The notes under the pieces: generated by a model
Told to the model about the DNA's origin: nothing
What the model saw: the letters and a program-made list of their open reading frames with translations, nothing else
The model's database searches: none
Program-made: the position numbers and the translations under genes
Virus record (IMG/VR): IMGVR_UViG_3300039441_000062
Location: 1 to 43,239 of that record
Length of the DNA: 43,239 nt
Reading direction: 5' to 3' (one strand)
Origin: a virus
Taxonomy: Duplodnaviria > Caudoviricetes
Part shown: positions 9,132-18,945 of the stretch, piece by piece
Layout: every line of letters starts with the position of its first letter
How positions within the stretch are numbered: the first letter of the stretch is position 1

Positions 9132-9725
9132 ATGGTTAAATTCTCAGACGCATTTATCGGTAAGATCCAAGCCGCTAAAATGCGGTTTCCGGTTCGGGTG
9201 ACCTACCACGAGACACTCGAATTTTTGTACTGGGCGTGTTTAGCCAGTGAAAGGTTACTCAGTGAGGCTTCAGATGAATGTCTCGCCAGAGGTGATTGCG
9301 GAAAACTCGGCCTCTATTACCTCAATCATTTGGAAGAAGAAAAAGGTGAACTACCGTTTTTGGTGAACGATTTGAAAGCAGCCGGCAGAGAAATACAACC
9401 TTTGCCTGATCCAATCGCGATAGCGATGATCGGTACTCAGTACTATTTATTGAAACATGTTCACCCGGTCTGCTTGCTTGGTTATATGGCGGTACAAGAA
9501 GCGACCCCGACCCCACTTGAAGCAGTCGAGGTGTTTGAAAAGTACTATGGTTCAGAGCAAGTAACCTTTATTCGGATGCACGCTGAAAAAGATTTGATCC
9601 ATCGTGAAGAATTAATTGCGATGATCGAGGATTGTCCTGAAGATCAGCAAAGCTTGATTTATTTAAGTATCCAGAACACGCTTGATTATCTCGGTCAACA
9701 TTACGCGGGAGTAACCGATGGCTGA
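9132..9725 (+). CDS. Heme-oxygenase-like diiron oxidase (iron-containing redox enzyme; CADD/PqqC-like fold)
   Basis: Motifs YYLNHLEEEKG, IGTQYY...HPVCLLGYMAVQE, FIRMHAEKDLIH. Confidence 0.75.
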   Translation: MVKFSDAFIGKIQAAKMRFPVRVTYHETLEFLYWACLASERLLSEASDECLARGDCGKLGLYYLNHLEEEKGELPFLVNDLKAAGREIQPLPDPIAIAMIGTQYYLLKHVHPVCLLGYMAVQEATPTPLEAVEVFEKYYGSEQVTFIRMHAEKDLIHREELIAMIEDCPEDQQSLIYLSIQNTLDYLGQHYAGVTDG

Positions 9726-10842
9726 CGGTGATTCACTTTCAAGTCAAATGTGGGGTGACCCCGGCTCTGGGATCGGTAGTCAGATCAATGTGTCGCCTAT
9801 CGGGCAACCGGATGCCCCGAAAGATTCGCCCATTCAGAACACGGCGCCGCCGGCGAGCCAGACACCTCCGGATAAGACTGATGAAGGACAGCAACTAGAA
9901 GAACGGATCGGACGTAACAAAACTTACATACAGGAACTCTTAAGGGTTCAAGCGGTTCACAATGTTGAGATCGAGCGTAACCAGCAGATGTATCAAAAGG
10001 CTCTGGAGGATTATAACCGGACCACTCAGATGGCGATTGATCATCCTATCCCACAGCCACAGTTGGAATATCAGCAAACTTTAAAATCGGTAAATCAGAT
10101 CGGCGCGAGTTGGCTATCGACGGTTGGCGTGCTCGGGTTCGCTTTGGCCGGCATGCTCGGAAAACGGCATTCAGGGATCGGTAGCCAGATGTTTGTAGGC
10201 AGTCTCTTAAAGAGTTACGCCGAGGGTCGTACTGAAGCAGCGAAGCAACAGCGGGAAGCGTGGCACGAACAAGCCGAATACGAACATACGGTAAATTCTG
10301 AACGAATCGAGCAGTACCGGATGGCGATAGAGAACGAGCGACTGAATCACCAAGAAAAGTTAAGCTTGGTAACAGAGCTTGGCCGGATGAACGGTGACAT
10401 GAAATATGTCAGTGCAGCAGAGAAAGGCACCATCGCTGACGTTCAGAGGTTAATCAACGACGATGAGAAAGCCTTGACCCGGTACCGCAAGGAAATGAAA
10501 GAGACTTCCAAAGCGCTCGACTACATGACAGGTCAAAAGCTGACGAGCAGCTACGAGAAATGGGTCCGCAGTAAATGGATGAAAGATCACGCGGGTAAAC
10601 CGCCTCTGAACCAGGACGAAGTGAATCAGGCGGAAAGGAATCATCCGATCTCAGAGTTCAACAAGGAAACCAAGCCGCAATCGAGCCTGGATACCGAGGG
10701 AAGTGGTCCGCCCGATTACAGCGGAAAGAGTACCGATGAGATTAATCAGCTTGTTGGAACACTGAATAAGGGTCAACATTTCGTGATTGATGGAGTCGAT
10801 TACACTAAGAAATATGATGGGATGACTCCACCACAGCAATGA
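9718..10842 (+). CDS. Ejection protein (coiled-coil with one hydrophobic segment)
   Basis: Position between pilot and giant protein; WLSTVGVLGFALAGML segment; helical composition. Confidence 0.6.
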   Translation: MADGDSLSSQMWGDPGSGIGSQINVSPIGQPDAPKDSPIQNTAPPASQTPPDKTDEGQQLEERIGRNKTYIQELLRVQAVHNVEIERNQQMYQKALEDYNRTTQMAIDHPIPQPQLEYQQTLKSVNQIGASWLSTVGVLGFALAGMLGKRHSGIGSQMFVGSLLKSYAEGRTEAAKQQREAWHEQAEYEHTVNSERIEQYRMAIENERLNHQEKLSLVTELGRMNGDMKYVSAAEKGTIADVQRLINDDEKALTRYRKEMKETSKALDYMTGQKLTSSYEKWVRSKWMKDHAGKPPLNQDEVNQAERNHPISEFNKETKPQSSLDTEGSGPPDYSGKSTDEINQLVGTLNKGQHFVIDGVDYTKKYDGMTPPQQ

Positions 10843-10849
10843 TTGATCT

Positions 10850-13800
10850 ATGGCAATTCCGGAAGGCGATGTTCCAGATAGCTCGGATGTAACGAGCGAT
10901 TCTGATTATTTGCCGGAAGCCATTAAGCGCGAGAAGGTCGAGTTTCAATACAACCTCGGTGACACTGACCCTCGCGTTACTCAAGTTCTAAGCGGGCAAA
11001 GTCCGGCAGCAAAACCGCAACCGCCATCGGCGCCTAGTTGGCGCGATTCTTCGGCGCCGACTCTGGATCAGATCAGCGGCATTGTTAGCACGTTTGCTGA
11101 TCCAACCGATATCGCGAGATATCAGCGAGGAATCGCTAGCGGGTTAAGTGAAGAAGATGCGCTCAAGATCGGGGATAATGGGATTGGTTCCAAAGACTTG
11201 GGCACAATCGACACGACAAAAGCTTACGGGGTGGCAGTGCCGCGTTCAGTCTTAGAACGCTATTTCGGTAATGACCCGGCTGCTTGGCGTAGGGCACGAG
11301 CGGTCGTCAATATGGGCGGGCAAAACGTCATTGCGCCTATCGTTGACGAAGGACCGGGTGAAGGACCACAGGCTCGTGGAGTAGTTGCTGATCTCACCAA
11401 CACCTTATCGCGTGCGCTTAAGAGCGATGGCTATGATCCAGCCGATGTCTCGCTACTTGCTAATGCCGGTCCTGATTATCTGAGTGAACGCGATTCTTGG
11501 AACGCCGAGCAAGATCGGATCCGGAAACAGTTCTACGGCAATGAAGCTTGGAGTGAACATGTTACCAGAACCGTCGAACCGTATAAGGAAGCGGAACCGA
11601 CTTGGATGCAAGCATCACAGCGCACCGAGCCGGATCAGCCGGTTACAGGTACTTGGCGCGACATGGTAACTGTGACCGGGAAAAAGACTAATGGTGTACC
11701 GGTTGGCGCATGGCTATCAGGTCTTTGGGATCAGATTAAAGCCCATCTTGCGGCGGTAAAGGTTGGCGATATTCAATCCCAGATTACTCAACAGGTTCCG
11801 GATGCCTTGGTTGAGAATCAGATAGCGGCCATCAACGCTAGTCCCTATTATAGCCAAGAACAAAAAGACGCGAACATCGCGGCACTGCGCCAAGGGCAAC
11901 AGCAGCAGATTACTCAAGCGAAAGCTGATTTACCTAAAGCGCTGCAAGACGCAAAAGACGCTTTAGCGACTGCGCAAAAAGCTAATCCTGATTGGTGGCA
12001 AAAGACGCTCGGAGGGTTATTGGCTTATTCGCCAAGTTTAGCGGTTGGTCCGCTGACTCCGCTTCAACTCGCGCAAACCGCAAGTGCCGAAACTTACGGC
12101 GAGCAACTCGATATAGGCGCGAAGCAATACAAAAAGCTTAATCCGAACGCGAGTGACGAAGAAGTGATGACCCACGCGGTTGCTGCTGCAAGTGAAGCAG
12201 CGCGGGCGAGCGGCGGGACCATGTTAGCTCTGGGCTATTTGCCCGAGATCCCGTTAGCCGGACCTTTGCTTGGGCGAATTGCGGGACGAATAGGAATCGG
12301 CGCCGCAACCATGGAGGTCGCCAACACTGCTGCGCAAGTAGATCGCAACGCCGCTTTCAGCAAGTTCGTCGATAAGAAACAGGACATGCTCGAAGGTCTG
12401 CGCGACCTGGATTTTCACCTGAACAACCTTGCGTTCGGAGGTATTCTCGGAAGCGTACACGGGCTAGGCGAGATTGGCAAACCGTCCTATAAACCCATTC
12501 AGGACCGGGTAGCCGCAGCGAACAAGATCGAAGAGGATGAGCAAAGTCGACCGGTTGAGCCTGACTCCAGTGCTCGAGTTACCATGGTTGACGAGAACGG
12601 GGAACCGATAGAAGATCTCGAAGCAGAAGGCAACTTCTTCGCAGCGAAACCGGCAAAAGCCAGGGTGGTTGACCCTAATGAACGTCCAGCCTTACCTGCA
12701 CCTCAAAAGCTTTTACCTGCACCCGATGAAAAGCCAGAGACAGTTCGACAAACTGATGAGCCGGAGACGCCTCGAACTCCATCGGAAGTCACCAAAAGAC
12801 CGAGTACGGTTCGTGCGGCAGAAGTCGAGCGATTGGCTGGGCGACCCGAGAAAGCCTGGGACGAACTCAGCGCCGGCGAACAAAACGCAGTTATAGTCGA
12901 TTGGGCGAACCGCTTCAATAAAGCGTTTCAGCCATATCAAAAGTGGTTTGACGCGCTTGGCGTCCAGGGTGTACGCACTCCCGAAGGTTTTCTGTCGGTA
13001 GAAGCCAGTCCAGAAGGTAGGCTGCTTCTAACAATCAGTCCGCTACGGGTCGCGCAAAACTGGCACGACGATTTCTATTTGCACGGTATAGACTGGAAAG
13101 CTCCAGGCTATTTTGATGACGCGATCAAGCACGAACTCTTTCACGCTGCTTGGATGGATGTAGAACGTGGTCGTTGGGCGCGTAATCCAACTCGGCCTTT
13201 TACTGAATATCTCAGGGATCGGGGTGGCTACATTCAGTCTTCTCTTAGAGCTGCTATCACTCTTGCCAGATCAAAGCCTGAACAGACCGAGCTAGCAGAT
13301 ATCCTTGAAGAAGGGATGCAAGCGGTATCGGATCTTTACACTGGCGGGACCAAGGATCTAAAGCCGTTGCAACACCTTGGCGAAATGGTCCGAATGGTTA
13401 CCCAGCTAAGGCTGGACGGTAAGACGACCGAGGATTGGCTAAGCCCATCGTTAATCAAGGTACTTGGGTTTACCAAACAGATGTTCGAGGATTCGCGCAA
13501 TAAACTCGTGCAATTGTCTCAGGCTCTTACTGGGCGTGTGGCGGGAGCTAAAGCACTTCGCGATACACTAGATGCAATCGAAGCGAAGTTAATCGAGATC
13601 GAGTATCTGCAAGATCCTACGCCGGATGATCCAGTTGGTTCAATTCAATCCGCGTACGAGCAGATCAAACAGGCTCAACAAGGGTTATCGGCGGTATCCA
13701 TCGGGCAACTTGCTCAACGATCTAAGGTATCCATGCCGGAGTTGCATGATTTCTTGAGGCAACAAGCCGCGAAAGGCAATGCCGATTTGCATCCTACAAC

Positions 13801-16800
13801 GCTGCTTGATTATCAATTAAGCCCGATAGACAAGGGCGGCGCGATGCGGGTTGCCGGTAAGACTGAACCGGTTATTTACGTCACGATACGCCCAGAAGCT
13901 TTCCAGCCGGATTGGGATGTGCCCGAAGAACCGTCACCGGAAGAACAAGAGCGACAGAGGCAAGCGGCGATTGCCGAAGCGAATAAAGCGGCTCGCGAAC
14001 CGAGCGAGGTGCAAAGCAACTTACTTGAACGGGTCCAGGCTAGCGGCGGGTTACCGACACCGAAACGGTTAGCCAAGATGGCTGAGGGCGGCGAGACGCT
14101 GACCGGCGAGATGCGCCGGATCCATGATGCTTGGAAGAGTCTAGACAAGGACACCAAGCTTTGGCTGCGTAAACAAGGGATCATGCCGACAAAGCTTTTC
14201 CGAGATGACGCGCCGGCAATGGACGAGATGCGCGGTAACCTCGCGCAATCAGCCGGGTTTAGTTACGGTCAGGTCCACGAACTACTGGATCATGTTGAAC
14301 AAGCGCTTATTGCGGCTAAGGATCGGCGATTTGGTCTAGGGCAAAATTACGAAGAGTTAGGATTTCCGCGACGTGAAAGCTTAGACCCAGAAGATCAGTA
14401 CGACCGTGAGGTGTTCGGCTACCCAGGCGAAGAATTGTTTCGTAGCAACCTCGATATCATTGCCAGCTCGAAACACGCCGAGGAATTGGTTCAGGACATT
14501 CACGGTTGGCGCGGTGATCTCGGTGAATGGCTCGGCAAATACTTCAACCTACGCAAGTTCTATCAGGTATTGAAACGCCGGCACCCAGATCTAAGCAAGG
14601 AGCTCGATCAGATAGGTCAGTACTACGACAAGAATAAACTCCTTCCGCAACAGATCAGCCCAGAAGCAAGGCAATGGTTAGTGAAGGCAAATCAAGGCCT
14701 GTTCCGTGAGCTAGCCGATGAGATGAAGCGACTCGGTGCTAAGGTCTGGCAGAGCAGTGCGGGCACCAGCAGGCTATTCAAAGGCGCGCCGCCTGACGCT
14801 GTACCGTTACGGCGCCGGATGCGTCCTGATGTTCAGGATGTGCTTCGCGGTAAGATGACTAAGACCGATACGGTGCCGATAAGCCGCGATGATTTTACTC
14901 CAGCAGCCCAGAAGATTTACGATGAAGGCGTGAGAGAAGGCTATTTTAGTCGTCCGATGGACCTGTACGATTGGGCGAGTACATACCGAGGTCAAACGAC
15001 AGATCCAGAGGGTTCAATGATTGGTTCTATCGAACGTGCCAGGGAGGCCGTTTATCCAACCTTCTTCTACACCCATAGTCCAGAGGCGATGCTAGACACG
15101 ATCTTTCAGCAGATTCACGATGTCGCCCGCATTAAATGGTTCGGGCAGAAGTTGCCGGGGATGAAGGATAAATTCGATCTGGTTAAAGCGCGGATCAACG
15201 CGGACAGGTCTTTGCCGGAACACGTCGCAAGACGGCAGATCGATGCAATCAATCAATTCAGAGACGCGATCTATGGTCGTGTGCAATCGCGCACGCTATC
15301 AAGGGTTCTTGGCGGTATTACGAGCCGGTTAGCCGCCAGCCCGTATACCTCGGGAAAAATCGGTGTCTCGCTTCCTTTCATGAGTGCGCCTTATATCGGC
15401 GCTGTAAACGAGTTTCGCGGGCTGATTCGCTATTGGTTCCAGCATCCGGACGCTGTTCAGGATTTACGGGATAACGCACTTAAATCTGATCCGATGGTGA
15501 ACATGTACGATGACCCGTACACGGTAAAGCGTTGGTATCAGCGGATTACCAAAGCGACAAGCTGGGAACTGACGGCAGCACTTCACGGGTTCGTTTTTGA
15601 TATGGGGCGTGCCGCGACCTATCACGGCGCGAAGCTCAAGCTCGAAGAAATCATAAAACAGTTTCAGCGTGATCCTTATTTTCTGAACGCTAAGACCAAG
15701 CAGATGCGGGATTTTGTGCAAGGGGTCGGGTTTGACGAACATTTATTCACGCAACCCGATGTGCCGCAGAAGCTAAAGGATCGATTCGCCAGAGAGGTGG
15801 TTAATGATCTAGTGACTTCGTACCGGCACGAGAATTATCCCGGTTGGTTCAATACGCCGATTGGCAGGGTAATGGTCCGGTTCGCTCACTGGAGTGCTGA
15901 CGCGGCACGGGTTTACACAAAGTATATTGTTCGTCCGACGATTCGCGCGGTACGTGCTGGCGATTGGCGTCTAGCGGCTCGTTACCTTGGACAAGCCTTT
16001 GGGATATTCGCGGCCTCTGTAATCGGCTCCAGTGAAGCTGTGCGCTCTCTGCAGGGGATTTTTGGCCGACAGGATCACGTTGCCAGCATTGGCGAGATAC
16101 TAAAGGCGATGCATCGGGATCAACCAGAAGCTTTCTGGATGATCTACAAACGGCTCAGCCAAGACATCTTTGGGGCGCCGGTAATCGGGATATACGGCGA
16201 CGTTGCAGAAATGGTAAACGGCATCATGCGCGGCGAGATCGATACCACGCATACTTTTAACCCCTTCATGCCACCAACGGTTGCTCTCCTTGGTGGAATC
16301 GTTCAGACGATCAACACTCTCGCAAAACAGGGATATTCTTTGACTGATCCTTTGCATGTTCCTATGTCCGAACGGCAAAAAGCTTGGTTCGCGTCTCAGT
16401 GGTTTACGCTTTTCAAAGGTTATTACGATCTCGCCGAGAACGTTGGCGGCAAGGTTGGGGTTCAGTTACCCGACCACGCTGAAGCCGAAGGGCACCGTGA
16501 ATTTAACTTTGTCAGGTCACGAGTCGATCTATTCTACGAGTTGCACCCCGAGGCGCCAGGTAAGCCGTCTAGAGGGTTCAGTGGTGGCACTCCGCACACG
16601 CCATACCTGCAGAACATCGAAGAAGCTTTGTTATCCGGAAACGTTCAACGCGCCAAAGATGAGGTACACAAGTACCATGTTGAACAACATTTGACCGATA
16701 AACAGCTTTTAGAGTCAGTTAAAGACAGTGTTTCTGACCATAGGCCTATTCCACCGGGCAAAACAGGCGCACAATTCTGGCAATGGGCGAAAGAAGCATT

Positions 16801-16888
16801 GCCGAAAGACGAATTAGATCGCATTTTACGCATTGAACGGCTCTATGTGAACACTGCAAAGGCTGCAAACATACCAATTAAGCAATGA
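10850..16888 (+). CDS. Large internal virion/ejection protein (polyvalent): N-terminal DPBB/RlpA-like lytic domain and zincin-like HExxH motif
   Basis: 2012 aa; STFADP...GDNGIG...VAVP...IVDEGP...ADLT; HELFH at 13130-13144. Confidence 0.75.
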   Translation: MAIPEGDVPDSSDVTSDSDYLPEAIKREKVEFQYNLGDTDPRVTQVLSGQSPAAKPQPPSAPSWRDSSAPTLDQISGIVSTFADPTDIARYQRGIASGLSEEDALKIGDNGIGSKDLGTIDTTKAYGVAVPRSVLERYFGNDPAAWRRARAVVNMGGQNVIAPIVDEGPGEGPQARGVVADLTNTLSRALKSDGYDPADVSLLANAGPDYLSERDSWNAEQDRIRKQFYGNEAWSEHVTRTVEPYKEAEPTWMQASQRTEPDQPVTGTWRDMVTVTGKKTNGVPVGAWLSGLWDQIKAHLAAVKVGDIQSQITQQVPDALVENQIAAINASPYYSQEQKDANIAALRQGQQQQITQAKADLPKALQDAKDALATAQKANPDWWQKTLGGLLAYSPSLAVGPLTPLQLAQTASAETYGEQLDIGAKQYKKLNPNASDEEVMTHAVAAASEAARASGGTMLALGYLPEIPLAGPLLGRIAGRIGIGAATMEVANTAAQVDRNAAFSKFVDKKQDMLEGLRDLDFHLNNLAFGGILGSVHGLGEIGKPSYKPIQDRVAAANKIEEDEQSRPVEPDSSARVTMVDENGEPIEDLEAEGNFFAAKPAKARVVDPNERPALPAPQKLLPAPDEKPETVRQTDEPETPRTPSEVTKRPSTVRAAEVERLAGRPEKAWDELSAGEQNAVIVDWANRFNKAFQPYQKWFDALGVQGVRTPEGFLSVEASPEGRLLLTISPLRVAQNWHDDFYLHGIDWKAPGYFDDAIKHELFHAAWMDVERGRWARNPTRPFTEYLRDRGGYIQSSLRAAITLARSKPEQTELADILEEGMQAVSDLYTGGTKDLKPLQHLGEMVRMVTQLRLDGKTTEDWLSPSLIKVLGFTKQMFEDSRNKLVQLSQALTGRVAGAKALRDTLDAIEAKLIEIEYLQDPTPDDPVGSIQSAYEQIKQAQQGLSAVSIGQLAQRSKVSMPELHDFLRQQAAKGNADLHPTTLLDYQLSPIDKGGAMRVAGKTEPVIYVTIRPEAFQPDWDVPEEPSPEEQERQRQAAIAEANKAAREPSEVQSNLLERVQASGGLPTPKRLAKMAEGGETLTGEMRRIHDAWKSLDKDTKLWLRKQGIMPTKLFRDDAPAMDEMRGNLAQSAGFSYGQVHELLDHVEQALIAAKDRRFGLGQNYEELGFPRRESLDPEDQYDREVFGYPGEELFRSNLDIIASSKHAEELVQDIHGWRGDLGEWLGKYFNLRKFYQVLKRRHPDLSKELDQIGQYYDKNKLLPQQISPEARQWLVKANQGLFRELADEMKRLGAKVWQSSAGTSRLFKGAPPDAVPLRRRMRPDVQDVLRGKMTKTDTVPISRDDFTPAAQKIYDEGVREGYFSRPMDLYDWASTYRGQTTDPEGSMIGSIERAREAVYPTFFYTHSPEAMLDTIFQQIHDVARIKWFGQKLPGMKDKFDLVKARINADRSLPEHVARRQIDAINQFRDAIYGRVQSRTLSRVLGGITSRLAASPYTSGKIGVSLPFMSAPYIGAVNEFRGLIRYWFQHPDAVQDLRDNALKSDPMVNMYDDPYTVKRWYQRITKATSWELTAALHGFVFDMGRAATYHGAKLKLEEIIKQFQRDPYFLNAKTKQMRDFVQGVGFDEHLFTQPDVPQKLKDRFAREVVNDLVTSYRHENYPGWFNTPIGRVMVRFAHWSADAARVYTKYIVRPTIRAVRAGDWRLAARYLGQAFGIFAASVIGSSEAVRSLQGIFGRQDHVASIGEILKAMHRDQPEAFWMIYKRLSQDIFGAPVIGIYGDVAEMVNGIMRGEIDTTHTFNPFMPPTVALLGGIVQTINTLAKQGYSLTDPLHVPMSERQKAWFASQWFTLFKGYYDLAENVGGKVGVQLPDHAEAEGHREFNFVRSRVDLFYELHPEAPGKPSRGFSGGTPHTPYLQNIEEALLSGNVQRAKDEVHKYHVEQHLTDKQLLESVKDSVSDHRPIPPGKTGAQFWQWAKEALPKDELDRILRIERLYVNTAKAANIPIKQ

Positions 16889-17412
16889 ATGTCGGCAAAA
16901 ACAGTACAATTCGTGACACAATCCTTGTTGATTGGATCGTTAAGCAGTGGACTAGCGCGAAAAATGAGTACAAAGACGCGTTAAAGAGCAAAAAAGATGA
17001 CGCAAATGTACAAAGAGAGCAATTACTGCTTGCATTAGCGAAAATTTTGCGGACTTATATCAATTCAGTGCGCTCGAAACGCGGAGATGTGCAACGAGAG
17101 TTCAAAGAACAAGCGCACGGAATGACTGAATACCTCCAAAAGCAGCTATTGAAGGCGGATTGGAGCAACTCAAACCAATTCATTCTACAGAGCGTCCAAT
17201 ATGCCAGAAAACACACCGGAAACGTCGGACTCGAGGGTAGAGCACTGGCGCGACCTGTCTCAGCCACCGACCGTAAGAAGCGCGCCAGCCTGGAACGAAA
17301 AGCTGCGAGCCGCTTACGAGATAGCCTTGCAGCAATCGACACTGAAGCTATTTCTGACGACGATAACGGCTACGGGTCTGATCTACTCTCTGATAAAGCC
17401 GAGTTGGATTAG
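16885..17412 (+). CDS. Hypothetical helical basic protein
   Basis: ATGA-coupled to the giant gene; its 3' part overlaps the next ORF. Confidence 0.55.
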   Translation: MNVGKNSTIRDTILVDWIVKQWTSAKNEYKDALKSKKDDANVQREQLLLALAKILRTYINSVRSKRGDVQREFKEQAHGMTEYLQKQLLKADWSNSNQFILQSVQYARKHTGNVGLEGRALARPVSATDRKKRASLERKAASRLRDSLAAIDTEAISDDDNGYGSDLLSDKAELD

Positions 17413-17479
17413 AATTGCAGCATTAGGAACATTTACTGCCGCAATTACCACCATTCTTCGATTTGGATTTGGAAAATGA
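17201..17479 (+). CDS. Small membrane protein (two C-terminal hydrophobic segments)
   Basis: LFLTTITATGLIYSLI and IAALGTFTAAITTIL; stop is ATGA-coupled to the HNH gene. Confidence 0.5.
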   Translation: MPENTPETSDSRVEHWRDLSQPPTVRSAPAWNEKLRAAYEIALQQSTLKLFLTTITATGLIYSLIKPSWIRIAALGTFTAAITTILRFGFGK

Positions 17480-18027
17480 TGGGACGTATCTCCATAGTTG
17501 TTTCCAATCCAATTCGCTGCTGGAACTGGATTGGGTTAAAGAGCAATACTGGTTACGGACTTGTTCAGCTATTCCGTGGGAAGCAGGTTGCTGCACATCG
17601 CTGGATGTTTGGTCCAGTTGAAGAAGGTAAGGAACTTCACCACATTTGCGAGAATCGCGCGTGCATTAATCCAGATCATTTGGTCGAAGTTACGGACAAG
17701 GAACATCGATTACTTCACGGATTTTCAGGAAGTCCAGCCGTTAACAAGGAAAAGACTCATTGTGTGAATGGTCATCCTTTTGATGAGAAACACACTTACT
17801 ATTTTCGCGGCCATCGGTCCTGCAGAACGTGCAACACGGAGGCAACGAAGCGATATCAAAGGAGAAAAAAGATGCCATTAATCAAGAGCGGCTCGAAACG
17901 AGCAAGAAGTAAGAACATTGCCGAGATGGTTCGTGCCGGCCACCCGGTTAAACAGGCGGTAGCCGCTAGCTACTCGAATCAGCGCAAGTACCGGAAAGGT
18001 AAACGAGGTAACCGAAAGAGTAGATAA
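17476..18027 (+). CDS. HNH (HNH_3-type) homing endonuclease fused in frame to a small basic phage protein
   Basis: CWNWIG..GYG..AHR..LHHICENRACINPDHL; C-terminal THCVNGHPF..R.CRTC zinc motif. Confidence 0.85.
   Translation: MMGRISIVVSNPIRCWNWIGLKSNTGYGLVQLFRGKQVAAHRWMFGPVEEGKELHHICENRACINPDHLVEVTDKEHRLLHGFSGSPAVNKEKTHCVNGHPFDEKHTYYFRGHRSCRTCNTEATKRYQRRKKMPLIKSGSKRARSKNIAEMVRAGHPVKQAVAASYSNQRKYRKGKRGNRKSR
17872..18027 (+). CDS. Small basic phage protein (MPLIKSGS...QAVAA), internal start within the HNH ORF
   Basis: AAGGAG just upstream of in-frame ATG 17872; resembles the widespread MPLKKG..S.NI...G.P.KQAVA phage peptides. Confidence 0.65.
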   Translation: MPLIKSGSKRARSKNIAEMVRAGHPVKQAVAASYSNQRKYRKGKRGNRKSR

Positions 18028-18032
18028 TTTAT

Positions 18033-18446
18033 ATGCAACAAATAAATCGGTTAGGTTACACGATTCAGTTGGACGATTCTTACGAGGGAGTTAGGGAAGC
18101 ATCGTACCAGGTAGTTGATGGACCGGACACAAGTCTTTTAGACAGTGATCCGGTAATGGTTGATTGCGGCTCATTCGCTGATTTAGAGCGGATTGCCAGC
18201 CGCGCATTAGACATAAAGCTGGGAAAGTACGCCAGCCATCCAGAGACAGTCGGGACAGATTCGACTCCAGCGGAGGAGAACGGCGAATCATCGGACTCCC
18301 CAAGCGATACCCCACCGACAGAAGACGAGGTGCCTACTGAGGTTGATCCGTTTCCACCGGCAGAGCCAGAACCGGCTCCGGTCGCGGATTGGGAGGAGAA
18401 GCCAGCACCAAGTGATGAAACCACGCAGAGCAGCGAAAAGGATTAA
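18033..18446 (+). CDS. Hypothetical protein with acidic Pro-rich tail
   Basis: 137-aa ORF, operon packing. Confidence 0.6.
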   Translation: MQQINRLGYTIQLDDSYEGVREASYQVVDGPDTSLLDSDPVMVDCGSFADLERIASRALDIKLGKYASHPETVGTDSTPAEENGESSDSPSDTPPTEDEVPTEVDPFPPAEPEPAPVADWEEKPAPSDETTQSSEKD

Positions 18447-18945
18447 GCCAGTGGTGGCGACAAGGCGTAGACGCGATCCGTACCGGTCTTGGCTTAGGAA
18501 AGTTCTTAGCGAGGCCGATATTGAGGAACTCGAAAAACTCAGTGCCGATACCGGAATTAGTCTGCGCCAAGTCCATCAAGACTCCGTAAAAGAAGGGACA
18601 GCAACCCTCCGAGTCGATGGGTACGAGTCACTAATAACCTTTCGTAAACGAATCGGAAAAGTAGTCCATGAGCGAGATATCATTGAGGGGTCCGGTGAGT
18701 TTAGCAACCCTATCAGCAATGGCGCAGCAGCAGAGGAGAACGAAAGCCCTGGAATTGCGCTATCTGATCCTCAGGATGTGCCGGCCAGTACCAGTGGATA
18801 TTCAGAAGGATCTGGTGATGTTATTGAGCCAGGAAGACGACGGCCCGAGAGTAGAGAGACTTCTGGACTTTCTTTCGACGAGGGTGGAGTAACGCCAGCC
18901 CCAGGCCAATTACCGGAAGGCATCGACAGCGATCTGTTTATTTAA
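18415..18945 (+). CDS. Hypothetical protein (basic N-terminus, acidic C-terminus)
   Basis: Likely ATG 18415 inside track ORF 18343-18945. Confidence 0.55.
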   Translation: MKPRRAAKRIKPVVATRRRRDPYRSWLRKVLSEADIEELEKLSADTGISLRQVHQDSVKEGTATLRVDGYESLITFRKRIGKVVHERDIIEGSGEFSNPISNGAAAEENESPGIALSDPQDVPASTSGYSEGSGDVIEPGRRRPESRETSGLSFDEGGVTPAPGQLPEGIDSDLFI

